From contig JBJLHG010000002.1 in assembly GCA_045564455.1 (NCBI GenBank), forward strand, positions 319,106 through 383,105: a stretch of 64,000 nt of DNA, read 5' to 3'. Source of the DNA: Gammaproteobacteria bacterium (lineage in GTDB: Bacteria > Pseudomonadota > Gammaproteobacteria > Magnimaribacterales > AG-339-G14). A model generated the notes under the pieces. It did not search any database, had not been told where the DNA came from, and saw only the letters and a list, made by a program, of their open reading frames with translations. Made by a program: the position numbers and the translations under genes. This document shows positions 59,886 through 64,000 of the stretch, in pieces; positions within the stretch are counted from its first letter, which is position 1; the number at the start of each line of letters is the position of its first letter.

Positions 59886-59906
59886 CCTAATGAGAATCAT
59901 TATCAT
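59886..59906. promoter_or_regulatory. Fur box in the divergent promoter region between the beta-helix/cytochrome operon and the Fe(3+) ABC transporter
   Basis: cctAATGAGAATCATTATCat matches 16 of 19 positions of the consensus GATAATGATAATCATTATC. It has 7-1-7 inverted-repeat form, TGAGAAT-C-ATTATCA. It ends 34 nt before the ATG of the binding-protein gene. Confidence 0.8.
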
Positions 59907-59939
59907 CTATCTAACTTTAAACCAATAAAACCAATAAAA

Positions 59940-60971
59940 ATGAAAAGGATATATAAAACCCTTGGTACAATTTTAATAGTAATCTTTTCGACCGAATTTA
60001 TTTTTGCTGCAGAAGTAAATCTTTATACCTCTAGACACTATGATACAGACGATGCTCTCTATCAAGAATTTACAAATGAAACAGGAATAAAAGTTAATGT
60101 AATTTCAGGAAAAGGCAAGGCACTGATGCAAAGAATTAGATCTGAAGGAGTGAACTCTCCTGCAGACGTTTTTATCACTGTAGATGCCGCGAATTTATGG
60201 AAGTTACAAAAAGATGGTCTTTTCCAAACTTTATCGTCGAAAAAGATTGTTAATACGATACCTAAAAACCTTAGAGGTCCAGAAAATCAGTGGGTCGCCA
60301 TTGCAAAAAGAGCAAGAGTGATATTTTACGATCCAATGAAAATATCTAAGATACAAATCAAGAACTTATCTTATGAAGATTTATCTGATTCTAAATGGAA
60401 AGGTAAAATTGCAATTAGAAGCTCTAACAATGTCTATAATCAATCCTTAGTGGCATCAATGATCTCTAATCATGGAGTCGAAGAAACAGAAAACTGGGCA
60501 AAACAATTTGTTTCTAATTTCTCAAGAAAGCCGCAAGGCAATGACAGAGCTCAAATAATTGCTGTTGCAAATGGAGAAACAGAAATAGCCATCGCTAATA
60601 GTTACTATATAGGACTAATGTTGTCAGGTAACAAAGGACAAAAACAAAAGAAAGCAGCGGAAAAAGTATCTATGCATTTTCCCAGTCAAAGTGGAAGAGG
60701 TACTCATATAAATATAAGTGGAGCAGGTGTCTTGAAGAATGCTCCTAATAGTTTGAATGCTTCAAAATTTATAGAATTCTTAATCTCTAATAAAGCTCAG
60801 AAACATATCATTGATAACACATATGAATATTCCGTACTTTCAGATGTAAAACCAAATGAAATAATGTCTCAATTTGGTACTGATTTTAAAGAAGATCAAA
60901 CATCAGTTTCAGAGTATGGCGAGTTTAATCCAGAAGCAGTTAGATTAATGGATAGAGCTGGATGGAAATAA
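59940..60971 (+). CDS. Fe(3+) ABC transporter periplasmic substrate-binding protein (FbpA/AfuA/FutA type)
   Basis: 343 aa with a signal peptide, then NLYTSRHYDTDDALYQEFT..TGIKVN, typical of ferric-ion binding proteins. A Fur box lies upstream. Confidence 0.82.
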   Translation: MKRIYKTLGTILIVIFSTEFIFAAEVNLYTSRHYDTDDALYQEFTNETGIKVNVISGKGKALMQRIRSEGVNSPADVFITVDAANLWKLQKDGLFQTLSSKKIVNTIPKNLRGPENQWVAIAKRARVIFYDPMKISKIQIKNLSYEDLSDSKWKGKIAIRSSNNVYNQSLVASMISNHGVEETENWAKQFVSNFSRKPQGNDRAQIIAVANGETEIAIANSYYIGLMLSGNKGQKQKKAAEKVSMHFPSQSGRGTHINISGAGVLKNAPNSLNASKFIEFLISNKAQKHIIDNTYEYSVLSDVKPNEIMSQFGTDFKEDQTSVSEYGEFNPEAVRLMDRAGWK

Positions 60972-61042
60972 TTTATTAATGTAGTAAAGATTTTATCTAC
61001 TGCGCATCATTTATTAGTGAAATAAGTTTGCTATATTGAACT

Positions 61043-62677
61043 GTGATTTCAAAAATAAACTCCCTTGATTTATGGAAAATAGTTCCTGTAATTATTTTTA
61101 TAATTTTTGTTTCTCCAGTTGCAATTGTGCTTTCAAGCTTATTTGGTGAATATTCTAAAAATTGGCTTCATTTAATTGAATATGTTTTAAGTGGATACAT
61201 CTTAAATTCACTCATCTTGGTGCTGGGAGTTTCTATTATTACATTAGTGGTCGGAGTTGGAACTGCATGGCTAATCTCAAATTATAAGTTCTCAGGAAAA
61301 AGATTTTTTGAATGGGCTTTAATTCTCCCCCTTGCTGTCCCGCCTTATATTCTTGCATATACTTTTACCGGTTTATTCGATGCATATGGTAGTGCTAATA
61401 ATCTAGTTAGAGACTTATTTTCTTTACAAGATAGTTATATTTTTTTCCCGAGCTTTAGAAATATATATGGCGCAATAATTGTTTTTTCCTTTACATTATA
61501 TCCATACGTATATTTGGCTTCTCGTATGGCTTTTTTAAATCAATCGAAATCTATAATAGAAATAGGGAAAGTTTTAGGCCTTAATAAAATAAAATTATTT
61601 TTTAAATTATCTTTGCCAATGATTAGACCTGCGGTGATAGGCGGTTTAATGCTCGTTATAATGGAAACACTATCAGATTTTGGAGCAGTAGATCATTTTG
61701 CAATTGAGACGTTCACAACTGGTATTTTTAGAACTTGGTATGGAATGTATGATCTTCAAACCGCCATGCAGCTTGCTTCTTTGCTATTGATATTTATAGT
61801 TTTTTTTATTCTCATTGAAAAGTATTCCAGAAAAAATATTTCATATACGGCTAAATCATCTGTTTACGGAGAGGTAAAACTTATAGAAGTATTTGGAGTT
61901 AATAACATATTGTGCTTTGCGGCCTGTGCTTTACCGCTCTTCATTGGATTTATTTTACCAATCATTGAATTATTAAACTGGACTTATAATTACAAATTAG
62001 AATTTTTTTCTGGAGCCTTTATTCAAAATTCTTTCAATACTATTTACTTAGGGCTAATTACAGCTTTGATATGTTCCGCGGTAGCTTTGATAATTAATTT
62101 TTCAATTAGATTTACTAAAAATAAATTTTTATCCTTTTTAAGTTCTTCATTAACAATAGGCTACGGTATTCCTGGAATAATCTTAGCTATTGGGGTTATG
62201 AAACTACTAACTTTTCTAGATTCAAATATCCTTTCTTATTATTTCAATATAGTACTTACTGGAAGTATTATTGGATTAATTATTGCTTACATAATTAAAT
62301 CTTATGCGCTCTCGAGCTCTGTAATCGATTCGGGATATCAAAGAATTGGATCAAATATGGATGATGTTGCTATAACTCTTAAAAACTCAGGATTTAAACT
62401 ACTCAGCAGAGTTCATTTGCCGCTCCTAAAAACAAGTTTTTTAACTAGTATTTTATTGGTAATTTCAGAAGTAATTAAAGAATTACCAGCTACTTTAATC
62501 TTAAGGCCCTTTAATTTTGATACTTTAGCTGTTTCAACTTATATATACGCCTCAGAAGAAAGAATGTTTGAGGCAGCAGCACCAGCTATAGCTATTGTAA
62601 TTGTTGGGCTAATGCCAATTATTTTTTTAACAAGAACAATTAGAGAATCCAGACCTGGATCTCAAGTAAAAAATTAA
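61043..62677 (+). CDS. Fe(3+) ABC transporter permease (duplicated, FbpB type)
   Basis: 544 aa with a GTG start and two tandem BPD-type permease modules, each with an EAA-like loop (ETLSDFGAV.., EVIKELPATL.LRPFN). Confidence 0.82.
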   Translation: MISKINSLDLWKIVPVIIFIIFVSPVAIVLSSLFGEYSKNWLHLIEYVLSGYILNSLILVLGVSIITLVVGVGTAWLISNYKFSGKRFFEWALILPLAVPPYILAYTFTGLFDAYGSANNLVRDLFSLQDSYIFFPSFRNIYGAIIVFSFTLYPYVYLASRMAFLNQSKSIIEIGKVLGLNKIKLFFKLSLPMIRPAVIGGLMLVIMETLSDFGAVDHFAIETFTTGIFRTWYGMYDLQTAMQLASLLLIFIVFFILIEKYSRKNISYTAKSSVYGEVKLIEVFGVNNILCFAACALPLFIGFILPIIELLNWTYNYKLEFFSGAFIQNSFNTIYLGLITALICSAVALIINFSIRFTKNKFLSFLSSSLTIGYGIPGIILAIGVMKLLTFLDSNILSYYFNIVLTGSIIGLIIAYIIKSYALSSSVIDSGYQRIGSNMDDVAITLKNSGFKLLSRVHLPLLKTSFLTSILLVISEVIKELPATLILRPFNFDTLAVSTYIYASEERMFEAAAPAIAIVIVGLMPIIFLTRTIRESRPGSQVKN

Positions 62678-62680
62678 ATA

Positions 62681-63322
62681 ATGCTTAAAATAAAAAACTT
62701 AAATCATAGCTATGATAAGGAAAATAAAGTTCTCACTAATATAAATATCCATCTAGAAAAGGGAGATATAGTTTCTATTCTTGGTAAATCTGGATGTGGT
62801 AAAACAACTTTACTGAGGCTTATAGCCGGACTTGAAGAAAAAAGTAGCGGAGAAATAGAAATAGGCAATACAGTAGTATCCGGAGATAGAATATTCGTAC
62901 CTGCCCACAAAAGAAATATTGGCTTGATTGTGCAAGAAAAGGCTTTATTTCCTCATTTATCAGTTATCGAAAATGTAAAATTTGGAATCAAAGGAAGTAG
63001 GGTAGAAAAAAATGAAATTGCTTTTAATTTTCTTAAATTATTTAAAGTCGATAAATATATAGACGTTTATCCTAATAAACTATCTGGGGGCGAGCAACAA
63101 AGAGTTGCAATCGCAAGAGCTATGGCTCCAAATCCAAATATTTTGCTAATGGACGAGCCTTTTGGTTCTCTGGATAAAGAATTAAGAAAGGAATTAAGAG
63201 AAGAGGTTAAAGCAGTGTTAATTCAAAACCAAACAACTTGTATTATTGTGACGCACGATATGGAAGATGCAAAAGAAATGGGTAATAAAATTATTAGGCT
63301 CGATAAAGGTAACCAGTTATAA
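62681..63322 (+). CDS. ABC transporter ATP-binding protein, minimal NBD only (FbpC type without a C-terminal regulatory domain)
   Basis: 213 aa with Walker A GKSGCGKTT, Q-loop, signature LSGGEQQR, Walker B LLMDEP and H-loop THD. It ends about 20 aa after the H-loop. Confidence 0.85.
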   Translation: MLKIKNLNHSYDKENKVLTNINIHLEKGDIVSILGKSGCGKTTLLRLIAGLEEKSSGEIEIGNTVVSGDRIFVPAHKRNIGLIVQEKALFPHLSVIENVKFGIKGSRVEKNEIAFNFLKLFKVDKYIDVYPNKLSGGEQQRVAIARAMAPNPNILLMDEPFGSLDKELRKELREEVKAVLIQNQTTCIIVTHDMEDAKEMGNKIIRLDKGNQL

Positions 63323-63381
63323 ATTCTCATTAATCCTTAATTTAAAAAAGCCTTTATAGCTAGAAGTTATAGTTAAATCTC

Positions 63382-63434
63382 AATTGAGAACGATTCTCAT
63401 TTTCACTTGTAATACAAATGAGAATCATTATCAT
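63382..63434. promoter_or_regulatory. Tandem Fur boxes upstream of the TonB-dependent receptor
   Basis: The proximal box caaAATGAGAATCATTATCat (63414-63434) shares an identical 18-mer with the box at 59889-59906. The distal palindrome TGAGAAcgaTTCTCA lies at 63385-63399. A further AATTCTCATT half-site lies outside this span, at 63322-63331. Confidence 0.75.
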
Positions 63435-63441
63435 GCTGTCT

Positions 63442-64000
63442 ATGAAAAAATTAATCTGTGTGAGTTTGGTGCTCACCTTGTTTAACACCGATACGTGGGC
63501 CAATAGCGAGCTGGAAGCAGTTACTATTATTGGAACACAAGAGGATTTACAATCTCTTCCTGGATCTGGAACCATCATTACAAGTGATGACTTAGATATG
63601 TTTGAATTTTCTGATGTTGGTAAGGCGCTTTCATTGGTACCAGGAGTTTATTTTAGACCTGAAGATGGATATGGCTTAAGAGCTAACATTGGAATTAGAG
63701 GAACAATTCCTAATAGATCTGCAAAAATTGCTTTAATGGAAGATGGAATCTTAATTGCCCCAGCTCCGTTATCTGCACCTGATGCATATTACACTCCAAC
63801 TTTTGGTCGTATGTCTGGAATTGAAGTCTTAAAAGGACCTTCAGCTCTTACAGAAGGACCTAATACACTTGGTGGAGCAGTCAACTTAATCAGTACTCCA
63901 ATTCCAACGAAAAATGGAGGAAAATTTAATCTTGAAATGGGTCAAGATGGAAACCAAAAATTACATGCTACTTACGGCGGCAATTCTGGTGCATTGGGAT
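63442..64000 (+). CDS. TonB-dependent outer-membrane receptor, N-terminal part (runs off the window)
   Basis: Absent from the ORF track because there is no stop. My translation is MKKLICVSLVLTLFNTDTWANSELEAVTIIGTQEDLQSLPGSGTIITSDDLDMFEFSDVGKALSLVPGVYFRPEDGYGLRANIGIRG...IEVLKGPSALTEGPNTLGGAVNLIS. That gives a signal peptide, a TonB box (EAVTIIG) and plug-domain motifs. Confidence 0.88.
   Translation, partial: MKKLICVSLVLTLFNTDTWANSELEAVTIIGTQEDLQSLPGSGTIITSDDLDMFEFSDVGKALSLVPGVYFRPEDGYGLRANIGIRGTIPNRSAKIALMEDGILIAPAPLSAPDAYYTPTFGRMSGIEVLKGPSALTEGPNTLGGAVNLISTPIPTKNGGKFNLEMGQDGNQKLHATYGGNSGALG

Noticed and set aside
63360-63578. 72-aa minus-strand ORF in the track.
   Set aside because: The plus strand here encodes the signal peptide, TonB box and plug of a TonB-dependent receptor, preceded by Fur boxes. 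That ORF is missing from the track only because it has no stop in the window.

Overview
AT-rich, very tightly packed chromosomal segment: about 70 protein genes, one tRNA, and very little non-coding DNA. Many start and stop codons overlap. Content is almost all core housekeeping. Gene order is gammaproteobacterial and Pseudomonas-like: mutY-yggX, hisBHAF, glnA-ntrBC, gmk-rpoZ-spoT-ridA-recG, rpsU/tsaD, folBK, lptD-surA-pdxA-rsmA-apaH, amgK-murU, rpe-trpEGDC, fis-purHD, gshB-tonB-ruvX, and dnaG-rpoD-tRNA(CAU). AT-richness plus compaction suggests a streamlined marine gammaproteobacterium, possibly SAR86-like, but that is inference only. I saw no mobile elements, CRISPR arrays, rRNA or recognisable defence systems. 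The points most worth a second look are listed here. (1) ntrC is broken by a +1 frameshift in an A7 run, and its complete Fis-type HTH survives out of frame. (2) A eukaryote-type GSII gene sits 11 bp upstream of a GSI gene whose adenylylation tyrosine is Phe. (3) The membrane pyrophosphatase carries the residue signature of K+-dependent, Na+-pumping enzymes. (4) An APH-like kinase, a split HadAB-like MaoC dehydratase and an MFS transporter form an apparent operon of unknown substrate. (5) A secreted parallel beta-helix protein and a diheme c-type cytochrome are co-transcribed and have no known function. They lie divergent from a Fur-box-controlled Fe(3+) ABC transporter and next to a TonB-dependent receptor. 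This pair is my best candidate for an uncharacterised system in the window. All functional calls come from reading the translated ORFs against remembered family motifs. No database search was run.
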